A DNA stretch of 33,445 nt, taken from a virus (taxonomy: Duplodnaviria; Heunggongvirae; Uroviricota; Caudoviricetes). The number at the start of each line of letters is the position of its first letter. Positions within the stretch are counted from its first letter, which is position 1. Positions 1-10,163 of this stretch are shown piece by piece. Made by a program: the position numbers and the translations under genes. The notes under the pieces were generated by a model, which saw only the letters and a program-made list of their open reading frames with translations, searched no databases and was not told the DNA's origin. The DNA lies in the IMG/VR virus record IMGVR_UViG_3300045988_112031, positions 1 through 33,445 of that record. One strand, given 5' to 3'.

Positions 1-383
1 ATAATAAATCTTGTGCCTTTTGTCGGAGTGTATGTACCTGAGCTTTTAAACACCTGACACTGTATAAGCCTCCCGGAGCCATCTCCCAAACCAAGGTTTT
101 CGAGAGCCGTTTTCACCGTGCCGTCCGATTTGATATCACCAAACGGATTCTTGCGGCTTAACAGCAGCGCACGAAGCGCGGTAAGCAACTGGTCGTGCCG
201 CTCCTTCTCCAGGCTGGCACCGGAGGCCTCCACCACGCTGCAAAGCTCCTCCTGCAACATGTCAAAGTAGTCATCATCCAGATCGGTGGCAGGCGTGCCG
301 GTCTGGGGGTTACCACGGGTAAAACCGTTCTTACCCGCGCCGAACTTATCCTTCTGTGCGGTTTTCGTGTCTATACGATGCAT
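1..383 (-). CDS. tail fibre protein, N-terminal fragment (gene continues beyond window start)
   Basis: Hand translation of the minus strand from ATG at 383-381 is open to the window edge: [47 protein letters not shown]..., a recalled prophage side-tail-fibre N-terminus. Starts 3 nt after the stop of the upstream tail gene. Not in the ORF track because it has no stop inside the window. Confidence 0.6.
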   Translation of the reverse strand, partial: MHRIDTKTAQKDKFGAGKNGFTRGNPQTGTPATDLDDDYFDMLQEELCSVVEASGASLEKERHDQLLTALRALLLSRKNPFGDIKSDGTVKTALENLGLGDGSGRLIQCQVFKSSGTYTPTKGTRFI

Positions 384-386
384 GGA

Positions 387-971
387 TTACTCCGGATATT
401 TAAAAATTACGTAGGTATGAGACGGACAGAGTTTGTTAAGCACACACTCGACAACGGTGTCGCCCCAGATACGCAGTGCGGAATCACAGGGATCGCCACA
501 TGTCATCCAGGTGGTGTTGGTGGCGGCTGGCATGTTGATCTGCCAGTAATACCGCCATTCCGGCGCATTCACCGCGTCAGTACAGGCCGATGAGCAGGTG
601 AACGTGCTTTTATCGTATCGCGTGATAGTGGCGTCTGGTCTGCCCAGGGCAGCAAGCTGTGCAAGGTAAAAATCCTCATTGATGCCGCCCGCCAGATTAA
701 CCTTCGCATCCAGCCGTTGCTGACGCTGGCGAAGGGTCTGTGTCCCTGCGGGAATACATTCATCCGGCAGACCGCACAGACGCTCCCAGCGGTTTATCAG
801 TTCAGTGGTGGTGCGCGGATCCAGCTCCCGCATCAGGGCATCCGCACGCTGATGAACACGGGTTAATGACGGTGCCGCACCGGCAATCGCCGGATCGCTG
901 GCTGACCACGCCGGACCGGGCGGCAGCAGTGCCGACAACAGACGGATGTAATCATCGTTTGTCACGTCCAT
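387..971 (-). CDS. tail/baseplate protein, DUF2313 (YmfQ / Mu gp48-like)
   Basis: 194 aa, same length as E. coli e14 YmfQ; sits between the baseplate J-like gene and the tail fibre, as in Mu-like tails. Confidence 0.55.
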   Translation of the reverse strand: MDVTNDDYIRLLSALLPPGPAWSASDPAIAGAAPSLTRVHQRADALMRELDPRTTTELINRWERLCGLPDECIPAGTQTLRQRQQRLDAKVNLAGGINEDFYLAQLAALGRPDATITRYDKSTFTCSSACTDAVNAPEWRYYWQINMPAATNTTWMTCGDPCDSALRIWGDTVVECVLNKLCPSHTYVIFKYPE

Positions 972-2020
972 GAAATCGTCCCCAGAACCGCCAGTTCATT
1001 TTTTGCAATGGAGATATTGTCCGCCGGTGCAAGCAACTGATGGCTGTATTCCCCGTTCGCACCGGAAATCGCTTCACTGATACGTGACACCTTCAGTTCT
1101 CCCTGCGGATAACCATCACGCAGCAGGAACGAACGCAACTCGGCGGTGATGGCAGCCCGTATTTCCGGTGTGTCCGGCGTCACGCGGATATGAAAATCCA
1201 CTTTATGCGCCACCGGCCTGAACACATACAAATCAGAGCCTGCCACCGGGGCCAGTGGCCAGATATGTTGTCTTGCCGCCGTTTCCGTTGATTCTTCCGG
1301 AATGGGATTAATCAGGTCACTGCCGGCAATCATCACACCGACAGTTCCCGTTCCCATCCAGTGACGGTATGTCCATGCGCGGGTAATGCCGGGCACTTCT
1401 TTAGCCCAGACGACATAGTCCCCGTCAGCCCCGCCCTGCGGCGTCCAGTAATACCGCTCAATGACGCGGGCGCGCCACGTTTCCAGATCTTCAGTATCGA
1501 ATCCGCCAGTCAGGGTATCTGCAACACCGGAAGACGGCAGACCATTCACCGGCGTGACCAGGATTAATGCCGTACCGTCGTCAGCGTTACCGACCTCGCC
1601 TGCACTTGAGCAGGCGATCGGCACGCGCAGGACACCACCGGAGCTGGTTGCATCGGCAGTTGCCGTGTACTGAACCAGGTCATCGCGCTGAATAACACTC
1701 CCAGCGGTCACCTTCAGGCCATCGCTGACACCTTCCCAGCGCATATACCCGCTGGCAGCCGTGGCCCCCTTGCGCGGACACCGTTTCATCGCAGCATGTC
1801 GCGCCAGCCAGGACTCATCGCACAGGTCAGGCAGCATGTTCATTGCCAGATAATCGATGTACCCGTAAACCGTATGCAGCGCCGCCGCATACACCTTTGC
1901 CCGCACGTCTTCGCCCATGCGCCGGAGCGTGTCGCTGACGTCCAGCCTGGCGAATAAATCGTTACGGAGCATACTGATATTTTCTGCCAGCGTCGGGCGC
2001 TGAAATTCACTGTCCGCCAT
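962..2020 (-). CDS. baseplate J-like protein (Mu gp47-like)
   Basis: 352 aa; position and size match baseplate J of Mu-like contractile tails; overlaps neighbours by a few nt (operon coupling). Confidence 0.65.
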   Translation of the reverse strand: MADSEFQRPTLAENISMLRNDLFARLDVSDTLRRMGEDVRAKVYAAALHTVYGYIDYLAMNMLPDLCDESWLARHAAMKRCPRKGATAASGYMRWEGVSDGLKVTAGSVIQRDDLVQYTATADATSSGGVLRVPIACSSAGEVGNADDGTALILVTPVNGLPSSGVADTLTGGFDTEDLETWRARVIERYYWTPQGGADGDYVVWAKEVPGITRAWTYRHWMGTGTVGVMIAGSDLINPIPEESTETAARQHIWPLAPVAGSDLYVFRPVAHKVDFHIRVTPDTPEIRAAITAELRSFLLRDGYPQGELKVSRISEAISGANGEYSHQLLAPADNISIAKNELAVLGTISWT

Positions 2021-2435
2021 GCGTTATCGCACTCCACAGATCATCAAAAGAAATCATTACCGGTCCGTCACGACGCCAGAGGGTGATACTGTTACCCAGT
2101 TCATTAATCCCGGTGCGGCGGATATCCAGATCAATACGGGACACCACGCCGTCATCAATCATCCATTGCAGGCATTCGCGGATATACCCCCTTACCGTCT
2201 GCACCAGCTGATTGGTCAGTTTGCTGCGCTGAAGCAGCCACAGTCGGGAGCCGTAACGGTCATTCTGTACCGCAGGCCAGGTATCCCCCCACCATCCCAT
2301 CGGGACGTCGGCATTGTCATCAGGCTCCGCCCGCCGCCAGGTAAACAGGGAAATCACCACAGCGCGGGTCAGTGGATCCAGCGGTGCGCTGGCGCAGGTG
2401 CGTTTACCGTTCACCGTCAGCCACAGTTCCATCAT
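2007..2435 (-). CDS. baseplate protein, GP46 family (Mu gp46-like)
   Basis: 142 aa between the spike (V-like) and J-like genes, following Mu gene order. Confidence 0.5.
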   Translation of the reverse strand: MMELWLTVNGKRTCASAPLDPLTRAVVISLFTWRRAEPDDNADVPMGWWGDTWPAVQNDRYGSRLWLLQRSKLTNQLVQTVRGYIRECLQWMIDDGVVSRIDLDIRRTGINELGNSITLWRRDGPVMISFDDLWSAITHGGQ

Positions 2436-2980
2436 GCCTCCATCGCTTTATCAGGTTTGTCGGTGTTACTGCCCTGACCGTTCTCTCTGTGACGATGCCC
2501 GTTATAGGCAAGCCGCATCGCTGACATGGTGGTGCCGCCGGAGTCGCACAGGTCTTTCACCTGTCCGGTCACTTCCAGGTCCATTTCAAAACGTGCTTCA
2601 GGTGCATTGCGAAACGTAATCGTTTTACCTGCACCGTCCACCACGATCCCCGCCCGGGTCAGCGTCACGGACTGCCCCTGATCGTCATAGACAGCCACCT
2701 CCCCCGTCTGCAGCCCTTTCAGGCGGTAGCGCCGGTCTGACACCGTAACAACCACCGCATGAGAACGGTCGCCATCCGGAAACAACACCACCGCTTCCGC
2801 ACCGCTGTTTGCCCTTGCGGTAAAACCGTAGGGTTCAAGATGTTCAACCCCGGCTTTGGGTTCACCGGCAATCAGGGACACATCCACGGTCTGACATTTC
2901 GTGGCGGCACTGATGCTTTTCACCACGGCCCGCCCAATCAGGCCGAGGAGTTGTCGCTGCATGGCTTCAATCGTCCTCAT
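2432..2980 (-). CDS. baseplate assembly protein V / spike (Mu gp45-like)
   Basis: 182 aa; N-terminal region resembles gpV-type spike proteins; synteny with the Mu baseplate module. Confidence 0.55.
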   Translation of the reverse strand: MRTIEAMQRQLLGLIGRAVVKSISAATKCQTVDVSLIAGEPKAGVEHLEPYGFTARANSGAEAVVLFPDGDRSHAVVVTVSDRRYRLKGLQTGEVAVYDDQGQSVTLTRAGIVVDGAGKTITFRNAPEARFEMDLEVTGQVKDLCDSGGTTMSAMRLAYNGHRHRENGQGSNTDKPDKAMEA

Positions 2981-4059
2981 CAGAACGGGTCCTCCTGTAC
3001 TCTGGCTTTTTTCTTTTTCCGCGCGCCGGGGGCTTCGGGTTCAGGCAGATAAGCATCAGGTGGGCCGACACGGATTTCCGTCAGGGTTCCGTTCTGGTCC
3101 TGAGTAAACGTGACTTCCGAGACAAGCAGTTCGGTATTGTCGAAACCACAGACCGGATCGAAGACAATCACCCGCTGGTTGGGCTGCCACAGCGTACCGT
3201 TACCCTGTCGCCAGCCCTGCACCACATAGGTGGTTTCATCCGTCCGCGCCGCCCGTTGTCGGGCTTCAAAGTCAGCACGCGCAATACAGCCTGCCCCCGT
3301 GGCCTGCCCTGTCTGCCTGATATACATCGGACGGTAACGGGCAATAAATGCGTCCTCTGTGCGGGCCCGCAGCGCGGTGGTGGTGGCCTCACCGAAATCA
3401 TCGTCGTTTCCGGCACGCTGCCCCGCCACCTGGTAAACTGAAAACCGCTCCCGGATACTCTTCTCCGTATCACAGGAAAGGATATTTTCCCCAAGTACCA
3501 GCGCGGTATGTGCCCGCGTTGAGCCAATACCGCCAATCACCAGCCTGCCGTGCGGGTCGTCGTAAGCCAGCGCCTGCTGCTGACCGAGTATTTTGTTGAT
3601 TACCTCAATCACCGTTTCACCGTGATCAGACTGAACATCAGGAATAACACCCGACGGCGCACCGCTGTTCACCACCTCAATGCCGAAAGGCGCAGCAAGC
3701 GCCTGCGCAATCTGCACCAGCGAGCGTCCGTTAAACTGTGTCGGTTCGGCTGCACAGTCAATCAGGTCAGCCGTCAGACTACGTCCGGCAATACCGGTGC
3801 TGACCGAACGGGCATCGTACCGAACGGGCGTCGCCTCCACCCAGCCGGTGATCACCAGCTCATCACCAATCAGCACTTCCACTTTTGAACCGTTTTTAAT
3901 GCGCGGCTGAAGCGTGGTGATACCCTCATCTCCCGGCCACTGGCGAGTGATCTCCACACTGAAATCCCGCGCCAGCCGTTCAATACCGGCACCGATGCGC
4001 ACCGATGTCCAGCCATTCCACTCCCGGCCATTTACCCGTAGCGTGACGTTATCGTTCAT
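2980..4059 (-). CDS. baseplate hub / tail protein (Mu gp44, P-like)
   Basis: 359 aa directly downstream of the DNA-circulation gene, as in Mu (N then P); lysine-rich C-terminus. Confidence 0.5.
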   Translation of the reverse strand: MNDNVTLRVNGREWNGWTSVRIGAGIERLARDFSVEITRQWPGDEGITTLQPRIKNGSKVEVLIGDELVITGWVEATPVRYDARSVSTGIAGRSLTADLIDCAAEPTQFNGRSLVQIAQALAAPFGIEVVNSGAPSGVIPDVQSDHGETVIEVINKILGQQQALAYDDPHGRLVIGGIGSTRAHTALVLGENILSCDTEKSIRERFSVYQVAGQRAGNDDDFGEATTTALRARTEDAFIARYRPMYIRQTGQATGAGCIARADFEARQRAARTDETTYVVQGWRQGNGTLWQPNQRVIVFDPVCGFDNTELLVSEVTFTQDQNGTLTEIRVGPPDAYLPEPEAPGARKKKKARVQEDPF

Positions 4060-5390
4060 TGCACTGGCACCTTCAGAGGGATCACCGGCACAAAGCCGGG
4101 ATGCGTAATGGCATTACGCCGGATAATGTCCGCGTCACGCGCCGCGTTATCAAACCAGGTCGCCGCCAGCACCAGCGCGGGTAAAACCTCATCCGGCGTG
4201 CGCTGAATGATCCGTGCAGACTGTTCAAGGCGCGTGTTGATATCCGCATTCAGATCTGCTTTCACCCGGCGCAGCGCAAGAAACAGCGCATCACTGGTTG
4301 TACGGGACAACTCCTTATCAATTGCCGTATTCAGTGTGTCGCGAATGTCAGTCAGTTCTTCCCACGTCGGCAGGTCAACTGTGTTTTTCACCGCCGGTGC
4401 ATTGTTCAGTGCCGGATGCGTGACGGAAGGCCAGCCAGTGCTCTGCGCAGGTGTTGTTGCCTGCCCCACTGCGGCATTCTGCATCACCGCGGAAGTTGTT
4501 GGCGCAGGCAATCGGGTGACGGCATACGCCGCTTCGCTGATTGCGGTCGTACGAAGGGTGCTGGCAACCACGTTACGCTGCTGCGTAGCCGTGGCGGTGG
4601 TTTTACTGTCCGTTTTCCAGACGCCGCGCGGTTGCAGATCGCTGCCGAGGCTGACACCGGAAAGCGTTTTGATCATGGCGACCAGGTCGCTGGCGTTACC
4701 ATAAAGGCGTTTCCCGGTACGCCACATTTTCTGCACCTGCTCAACGAAATTTTTGCCTGACGATGGCGGCGGCAGAAGTACCGAGATATCCCCCTGCAAC
4801 AGCCTGGCGGCATCCGATACGGCAGAATCCACCACTTTCATCGCATCAGAAACATACCCAAGCATTGTGCTGGCATTACCGACGACGTCGTTCTGCACAA
4901 AATCTGCCACGCCATCGATACTGAAACTACTGAAACTGTCACTGATGCAGTCATCCAGTGCAGAACAGGATGACATCAGCGTCTGCGCCGTCGCCGCACC
5001 TGATGTGGGGTAAGAGAGTTCTCCCGCTTCGACAAACTTCAGGTCAAAGCGGACAATACGCCCTTCACTCTTCGATGTGCTGACCCGAACCTCTCCGTCA
5101 ACACAGACTTTCAGCTCACCGTAAGTCGGATGGACAAGCGTGCCGGGACCGGGTTTATTCAGCGCGTCAATCAGGCGATCGCGCTGGTCAAAGCAGTCAT
5201 CTCCCACCACATAAGCCGTGATGGACGGGCGGAAAGTGATTTTCCCCAGGTCTTCGGTATAGGGTTTGTCGCGGTTCGGGTATTCATGTGTTTCCACACG
5301 GCGACCGGTTCCCGCACTTTCTTCTTCAACCTTAAACGGCACACCTCGAAATGACGCATCCTGAAGCCTGTCTTTCCACGTCATATACAC
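4056..5390 (-). CDS. DNA circulation protein (Mu N / gp43-like)
   Basis: 444 aa; N-terminus WKDRLQDASFRGVPFKVEEESAGTGRRVETHEYPNRDKPYTEDLG matches the recalled signature of the Mu DNA-circulation N-terminal domain. Confidence 0.7.
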   Translation of the reverse strand: MYMTWKDRLQDASFRGVPFKVEEESAGTGRRVETHEYPNRDKPYTEDLGKITFRPSITAYVVGDDCFDQRDRLIDALNKPGPGTLVHPTYGELKVCVDGEVRVSTSKSEGRIVRFDLKFVEAGELSYPTSGAATAQTLMSSCSALDDCISDSFSSFSIDGVADFVQNDVVGNASTMLGYVSDAMKVVDSAVSDAARLLQGDISVLLPPPSSGKNFVEQVQKMWRTGKRLYGNASDLVAMIKTLSGVSLGSDLQPRGVWKTDSKTTATATQQRNVVASTLRTTAISEAAYAVTRLPAPTTSAVMQNAAVGQATTPAQSTGWPSVTHPALNNAPAVKNTVDLPTWEELTDIRDTLNTAIDKELSRTTSDALFLALRRVKADLNADINTRLEQSARIIQRTPDEVLPALVLAATWFDNAARDADIIRRNAITHPGFVPVIPLKVPVQ

Positions 5391-5396
5391 TCCGAA

Positions 5397-5425
5397 AATA
5401 AAAAAGCCACCTATTAGAAGGTGGC
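5397..5425 (-). terminator. intrinsic terminator downstream of the tail-operon moron
   Basis: Minus-strand reading: GCCACC-loop-GGTGGC hairpin followed by a run of T (plus strand shows the A-run then the hairpin). Lies between the moron stop and the DNA-circulation gene. Coordinates approximate. Confidence 0.6.
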
Positions 5426-5445
5426 CTTGTAATGAATTTTATTAA

Positions 5446-5976
5446 TTAGCGAGTCAGAAACAACGAATCTTTATACTTTTGCTGTTGTTCATTTAAATAC
5501 TTAGCTGTTTCATCGCTGGCAAATGGAAATATTACCGTATTTTTAGGCATGGTAATTTCTTTTTTGTCCAGCGTCAGAGTAAACATAGGAACATACTGAG
5601 CAGAGTAACGCACCGCAGAAACGAGCTCTAGTTTAGACTCTTCAATAACACTTAAATTATCCAGGCTAACTTTCTCTTCATCTTTTTTCTTTGACGCATT
5701 TAAAGTTTTTATTACTTTATTTAATTTCTCCTGAAAATCCTCCTTAAAGTTTTCAGGATTGCCGTCGACAACAAGAATCTGTTCACCCTGATTATCTGGA
5801 AAAATAATCTTTGCACTTATCAATTTATTTTCTTTATAAACATCACCAAGTTTTATGGCTCCTCCAGATAACTGAATAATATGTTCATCTTTAAAGGAGA
5901 TGTTGCCAGAGATTATGAGAGATGAAAAAATAGCCGCTGCTCCAAGAATTACACTTGCTGTGATATAGCCTTTCAT
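5446..5976 (-). CDS. moron-encoded membrane-anchored hypothetical protein (candidate superinfection exclusion protein)
   Basis: 176 aa; N-terminal hydrophobic segment MKGYITASVILGAAAIFSSLIISG (signal anchor or signal peptide) then a K/E-rich soluble domain; visibly AT-rich compared with flanking tail genes; followed by its own terminator. Confidence 0.6.
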   Translation of the reverse strand: MKGYITASVILGAAAIFSSLIISGNISFKDEHIIQLSGGAIKLGDVYKENKLISAKIIFPDNQGEQILVVDGNPENFKEDFQEKLNKVIKTLNASKKKDEEKVSLDNLSVIEESKLELVSAVRYSAQYVPMFTLTLDKKEITMPKNTVIFPFASDETAKYLNEQQQKYKDSLFLTR

Positions 5977-6067
5977 TTTTCGCCTATTAACATTTTTCTA
6001 AATGTGCATTAATTCTATCACTCTATTTATGACTTACAACCAGCAAAACCTGTGAGGGGAATCCTGG

Positions 6068-7900
6068 CTACCAAAATCGGGTATAGCCAACATCGTGATT
6101 TATATCAATGCCACTGGAGCGTGTTTCCGTAACCCGCATACCTGATGGCATATTTATAAATGATACCTTGATCTCACCATCAACTTTTGGCGCGGTAGCT
6201 TTATTAATCATGAAAGGATTCGGGCCTGTGGCACCGGAGGCGTTGTTTGCCTGAGCCGGCTCCACCTCCGGATAAGGAGTGTATCCCCGTGGCGGTATTC
6301 CCGTCCCATAAGCATCATAAGCACCCGCGCCCCACTGCGCCGAGTTAATGGCATCGACCGTGTCACCGGAACTGTCGGTAAACCATTCAATAATCGGCTT
6401 CAGCTTATCCCACATATCCTGAAACCACTTAACAACCGGTCCCCAGTTATTGATCACCATCCCCAGCGGCGACCAGGCAAAAACCTTCTTCAGAAGTTCC
6501 CAGCCAGCCTCAAAATAAGGACTAATGGTTTCCCAGAGTTTCTTAAAATAAGGTCCGACAACATCCCAGTTAGTGATAATTAATCCCGCAGCCAGGGCAA
6601 TCGCCGTCGCAATCATGCCAATCGGCGTCATCGACATGATCCTGCTGACGATACTGATGGCACTGCCCACGCCCATCAATCCCAGTTTCAGAATCGCAAG
6701 ACCGGCAGCAAGCCCGACGACGCCGCGAATAACCCGGGGATTTTCATCCGCAAACTTCGTGAATTTTTCCCCTAACTCCCCCAGCCATTGCGTGATATTT
6801 TTGGCGTCACCAGAAAATGCGCCGCCAATAGCCGCAAGGCCGTTAGTTGCGGTCCCCGTCATTGCCTCCCACAGGTTGGACAGCGTACCAAGCTGTGCCT
6901 GAACACGTTTATTCAGGCTGGCCTGTTTATTCATCTTCTGCTGGATCTGATCGTAGCCATCCTTTCCTTTATCGATCAGCGCATTGACCACCTGAAGGGT
7001 TTCGGCATCATCACCAAACATTGCCTTAAGTACACCAGTTCGTTTAACGTCGGTCAGTTTTCGCAGCTTTGCCAGTTGCCTGAACATGTTATCAAGACCG
7101 CCAAAACTCCCTTTGCCATCAGTAAAATCGAGCTGTACCCCGAGTTTCTGACGGGCCATGACTTTATTGACGTCCCTGATTTTCTTAACGCTTAATCCGG
7201 ACTGGATAACTTTTCGCAGGGCGTTACCTGCCGACTCCCCGTTCATCCCCATCTGATCCATCATGACGCTGATGGGGGCAAGGCTCTGTGCAGCCTGAAG
7301 ACCGTCCTTGTTCACCATCTTCAGAACAGAACTGGTTTTAGTGAAGAAGGACAACATGTTGGTATCGTCAACGCCCAGATAAAACGCCTTCTGGATAGTG
7401 TCGAACAGCCCCATCATGTCTTCTGACGCCGTTCCGGTAGCATCCTGCATCTTTGCAGCAAACTCAGCAGCCGCTTCCGGTGTTTTTTTCAGTTGTACCG
7501 CAAGATAAGCTGTCGCTTTACCCACACCGCCAAGAATGTTTTCTGCCGGGATCCCCTGACGCACCAGCATCTGCATCATGTTCTGGAAATCAGCCGTTGT
7601 ACCGGGTAGCTGGTTACCCAGACCAATAGCCAGTTTATTGATGTCCTGAAAGCTCTTTCCGACCTCACCGTTCGCATCCATCATGGCAACTTTCAGCCCG
7701 GTGGCGGCGTTTTCCTGATCGGCATAAGATTTCAGGGAAAGCGTCAGCCCCGCTGCCAGTCCGCCACCAAGCGCCAGCCCACCCTGTGACGCTTCTTCCG
7801 CCTGGCGTTTAAATCCCCGGATTTTCTTTTGCATTTTCGACAGCGCGGGAGAAAGCCTGTCGACACCGGTGATCAACGCCTTAAGCTCAAATTCAGCCAT
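6068..7900 (-). CDS. tail tape measure protein
   Basis: 610 aa; Ala/Gly-rich helical N-terminus, hydrophobic central segments, W-rich C-terminus; preceded by the chaperone gene pair with a frameshift site. Confidence 0.85.
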   Translation of the reverse strand: MAEFELKALITGVDRLSPALSKMQKKIRGFKRQAEEASQGGLALGGGLAAGLTLSLKSYADQENAATGLKVAMMDANGEVGKSFQDINKLAIGLGNQLPGTTADFQNMMQMLVRQGIPAENILGGVGKATAYLAVQLKKTPEAAAEFAAKMQDATGTASEDMMGLFDTIQKAFYLGVDDTNMLSFFTKTSSVLKMVNKDGLQAAQSLAPISVMMDQMGMNGESAGNALRKVIQSGLSVKKIRDVNKVMARQKLGVQLDFTDGKGSFGGLDNMFRQLAKLRKLTDVKRTGVLKAMFGDDAETLQVVNALIDKGKDGYDQIQQKMNKQASLNKRVQAQLGTLSNLWEAMTGTATNGLAAIGGAFSGDAKNITQWLGELGEKFTKFADENPRVIRGVVGLAAGLAILKLGLMGVGSAISIVSRIMSMTPIGMIATAIALAAGLIITNWDVVGPYFKKLWETISPYFEAGWELLKKVFAWSPLGMVINNWGPVVKWFQDMWDKLKPIIEWFTDSSGDTVDAINSAQWGAGAYDAYGTGIPPRGYTPYPEVEPAQANNASGATGPNPFMINKATAPKVDGEIKVSFINMPSGMRVTETRSSGIDINHDVGYTRFW

Positions 7901-8075
7901 GTGTGCGTTTCTCCTGCTCTATCCTGTTTGCCTGACTGACCAGCAAGGGAATTTCACTGATCGGCATATTCAGCAATTCGAAGGGATTAATGCGCCAGTA
8001 ACTGGCGCAGTCAAAGAAGCGATCAGTGAGGTATTCAGCCGTCAGGCCTGGAGGAAAAAACCGGCCACAAGCCAC
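7893..8075 (-). CDS. tail assembly chaperone, -1 frameshift extension (C-terminal part of the fusion product)
   Basis: ORF in the -1 frame relative to 8042-8311 and overlapping its 3' end; the overlap contains a T_TTT_TTC slippery heptamer; classic arrangement upstream of a tape measure gene. Confidence 0.5.
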   Translation of the reverse strand: MACGRFFPPGLTAEYLTDRFFDCASYWRINPFELLNMPISEIPLLVSQANRIEQEKRTHG

Positions 8076-8311
8076 GCCGCTGCATTCAGGTCTGCCGGAG
8101 ACATCTGGTCGACAGAGCTTTGCGGCACTTTCGCCAGCCGCACAATGTATTTCGACACCACATGCGCCAGAAGTCTGACTGACTCATCCTGATTCATCTG
8201 GTAGGGATACCCCAGCTCGCGGACATCCTTCCCGGTGGGCTCATCAAACTCCAGTACGGAGAGTGTCTCGCCATGAGCAGTAATCGGTTTCTTTAACTCA
8301 AGCTCTTTCAT
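8042..8311 (-). CDS. tail assembly chaperone (Mu gp41-like)
   Basis: 89 aa acidic protein between tail tube and tape measure; 3' end overlaps the frameshift extension ORF. Confidence 0.6.
   Translation of the reverse strand: MKELELKKPITAHGETLSVLEFDEPTGKDVRELGYPYQMNQDESVRLLAHVVSKYIVRLAKVPQSSVDQMSPADLNAAAWLVAGFFLQA
8054..8060 (-). other. candidate -1 programmed ribosomal frameshift slippery site (T TTT TTC on minus strand)
   Basis: Plus strand gaaaaaa; in the chaperone zero frame the codons read ggT TTT TTC; a -1 slip enters the frame of ORF 7893-8075 (..GRFFPPGLTAEYL..). Coordinates approximate. Confidence 0.5.
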
Positions 8312-8667
8312 TACTGGTAATCCCCTTCTTCACCGTGGAACTCAAGATCAACCGTGCCTTCTTCGGCATTATGGTTCGCTTCGCCGTGCAGCCATGCAGA
8401 CGACAGTACATAGACCTGACCGTTCGCCAGCTCGGCAGTGATTGTCATCTCATCAGACGAGGTGATTTTGCTCACAGGAAAATTCTTCGGCACCTTGAAG
8501 GTTCCTTTAACATAAGGCGCACGGTGAGTTTCCTTGCGGTCCACTGAACCGTCCAGGCCGATGATGTCATCATTGACCGTCCTGTTCATGGGCACCTCAA
8601 TGCCGCCGGTCAGCGATAGCTGCTGACCGTCAATTTTGAAATAACAGGTTCCCCCGATACGGGCCAT
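8311..8667 (-). CDS. tail tube protein (Mu M-like)
   Basis: 118 aa immediately downstream of the sheath gene; ATG overlaps the sheath stop (TAATG). Confidence 0.7.
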   Translation of the reverse strand: MARIGGTCYFKIDGQQLSLTGGIEVPMNRTVNDDIIGLDGSVDRKETHRAPYVKGTFKVPKNFPVSKITSSDEMTITAELANGQVYVLSSAWLHGEANHNAEEGTVDLEFHGEEGDYQ

Positions 8668-10163
8668 TATGCGGACTCCTCTGAATACTGAAGACGGAAC
8701 TGGTTAACCACGGCAAAGACACGCAACTGGTTAACATAGTCAGGCGGGAACAGCGTGTTCAGGCGGTTCGGTTCGCTGGCATCACGCTCCACAACCAGGT
8801 ACTGCTTGAACAGTTCGTAGTTTTCCACGATCCCCGCACGCTCAAGCTGACGGTAGGTTGCCAGCAGTTCCCCTTTGATCACCGCCGGGGTGACAATCGC
8901 CTGACCGGGACCAAAGCGGGTACCGTCGCTGGCAAGCTTGTGACGCCCGTACTTACTGGTAATGACGGATTTCAGTTTGCGCAGTACATACGCGCTGGTA
9001 TGCAGCGTCTCGCTGTCGAGGTAGCTGTTATCCGTAACCCCGTAAGCATTTTTCCTGTACGTGGTGACATCACGCTGAATGCGCAGCACCCCGCTTTCGA
9101 CATACGCCGTTGCCACGCCATGAGACAGCAGGGTCTGCTGCTCGGTCATCGTGAACCGTTTCCCCTTCGGCGCAGGCAGCATACCCACCAGCTCACCGGT
9201 CTGCGTGGGACGTGCCGGATCGTTGCGGATAAACACCGCTGCGCGGGCGGTACGGCTTGCCACCAGCTCGTCGGCAGGTGTCTGGGTTTCTTTTTCGTAC
9301 CCCGCCAGGGTAATGTGCTGCTGGTTAAACTGGTCACCTGCGGTCACCAGTTCTGACAGTGTGCCGGTCTTTGCCGTATACACATGACCATACAGCTGAC
9401 GCGCATAGCTCCAGCGACCGCTGGTATCGTTCATCTCGGTCACCAGCGTGTTAACGGAGGCCGTGTCGTTGAACGGCAGACCGATATAATCAAACGGCTC
9501 ATCCGCCATTGCAGCCACCGCGCCGGTGAGAACCGGAGCGCCCGTTCCGGCGGTACCCGTCGCCACAGCAATCTGTACGCCCGCTGGCAGCACTTCGCCA
9601 CCACCAAAGCCGTAGTAATTGAGGCTGACAGGAATTTCATTCCCGCAAAGCCCCTTATGACGCGCGGTCAGCGTGACCACGCCTGCCGAAGATGAAGCCG
9701 TAAACGGCAGGGTCGGAACGGCATTGATGGCATCCTGGATACTGCTGGCAATCATCGTGACGTTATCGCCGTTAGTCACCAGTGCCTGCACGCGGGTACG
9801 TCCCACATACACATTCACCGTGCCGGTTTCGGTTGCCGCCCCGGTCACCGTCAGCGTAACCGTTGCCGCCGCGCCTGTGGCTTCCGGAACGGCAATCACA
9901 TACAGCTCGCCAAACGGGTCAGTCTGGCGATAAGCCTCGACCATACGCGCCAGCTGACTTCCCGCACCACAAATCTGGCGTGCATAGTCTGCCGACGGCA
10001 TCAGCACCAGACTGTTGGCAACAATCTCTGCACCGTTATTGGCGTGACCAATCAGCAACGATGCCCCGCTGTCCTGTGCAGTATTCGCCGCCTGGTTATC
10101 CATTTCCGCATAAAACAGCGGAACCAGCGTATTCGACGGAATGGTGTTAAAGCTTATCGTCAT
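8667..10163 (-). CDS. tail sheath protein (Mu L-like)
   Basis: 498 aa, typical sheath size and position upstream of tube and chaperone. Confidence 0.8.
   Translation of the reverse strand: MTISFNTIPSNTLVPLFYAEMDNQAANTAQDSGASLLIGHANNGAEIVANSLVLMPSADYARQICGAGSQLARMVEAYRQTDPFGELYVIAVPEATGAAATVTLTVTGAATETGTVNVYVGRTRVQALVTNGDNVTMIASSIQDAINAVPTLPFTASSSAGVVTLTARHKGLCGNEIPVSLNYYGFGGGEVLPAGVQIAVATGTAGTGAPVLTGAVAAMADEPFDYIGLPFNDTASVNTLVTEMNDTSGRWSYARQLYGHVYTAKTGTLSELVTAGDQFNQQHITLAGYEKETQTPADELVASRTARAAVFIRNDPARPTQTGELVGMLPAPKGKRFTMTEQQTLLSHGVATAYVESGVLRIQRDVTTYRKNAYGVTDNSYLDSETLHTSAYVLRKLKSVITSKYGRHKLASDGTRFGPGQAIVTPAVIKGELLATYRQLERAGIVENYELFKQYLVVERDASEPNRLNTLFPPDYVNQLRVFAVVNQFRLQYSEESA

Noticed and set aside
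195-593. Plus-strand ORF (132 aa) and many similar plus-strand ORFs throughout 1-28 kb (for example 1361-1567, 2019-2477, 8940-9356, 14689-15204, 22743-23015)
   Set aside because: They lie antisense to long, well-supported minus-strand phage genes, have biased Arg/Pro/Gly-rich composition typical of GC-rich antisense frames, and lack ribosome-binding sites; treated as spurious.
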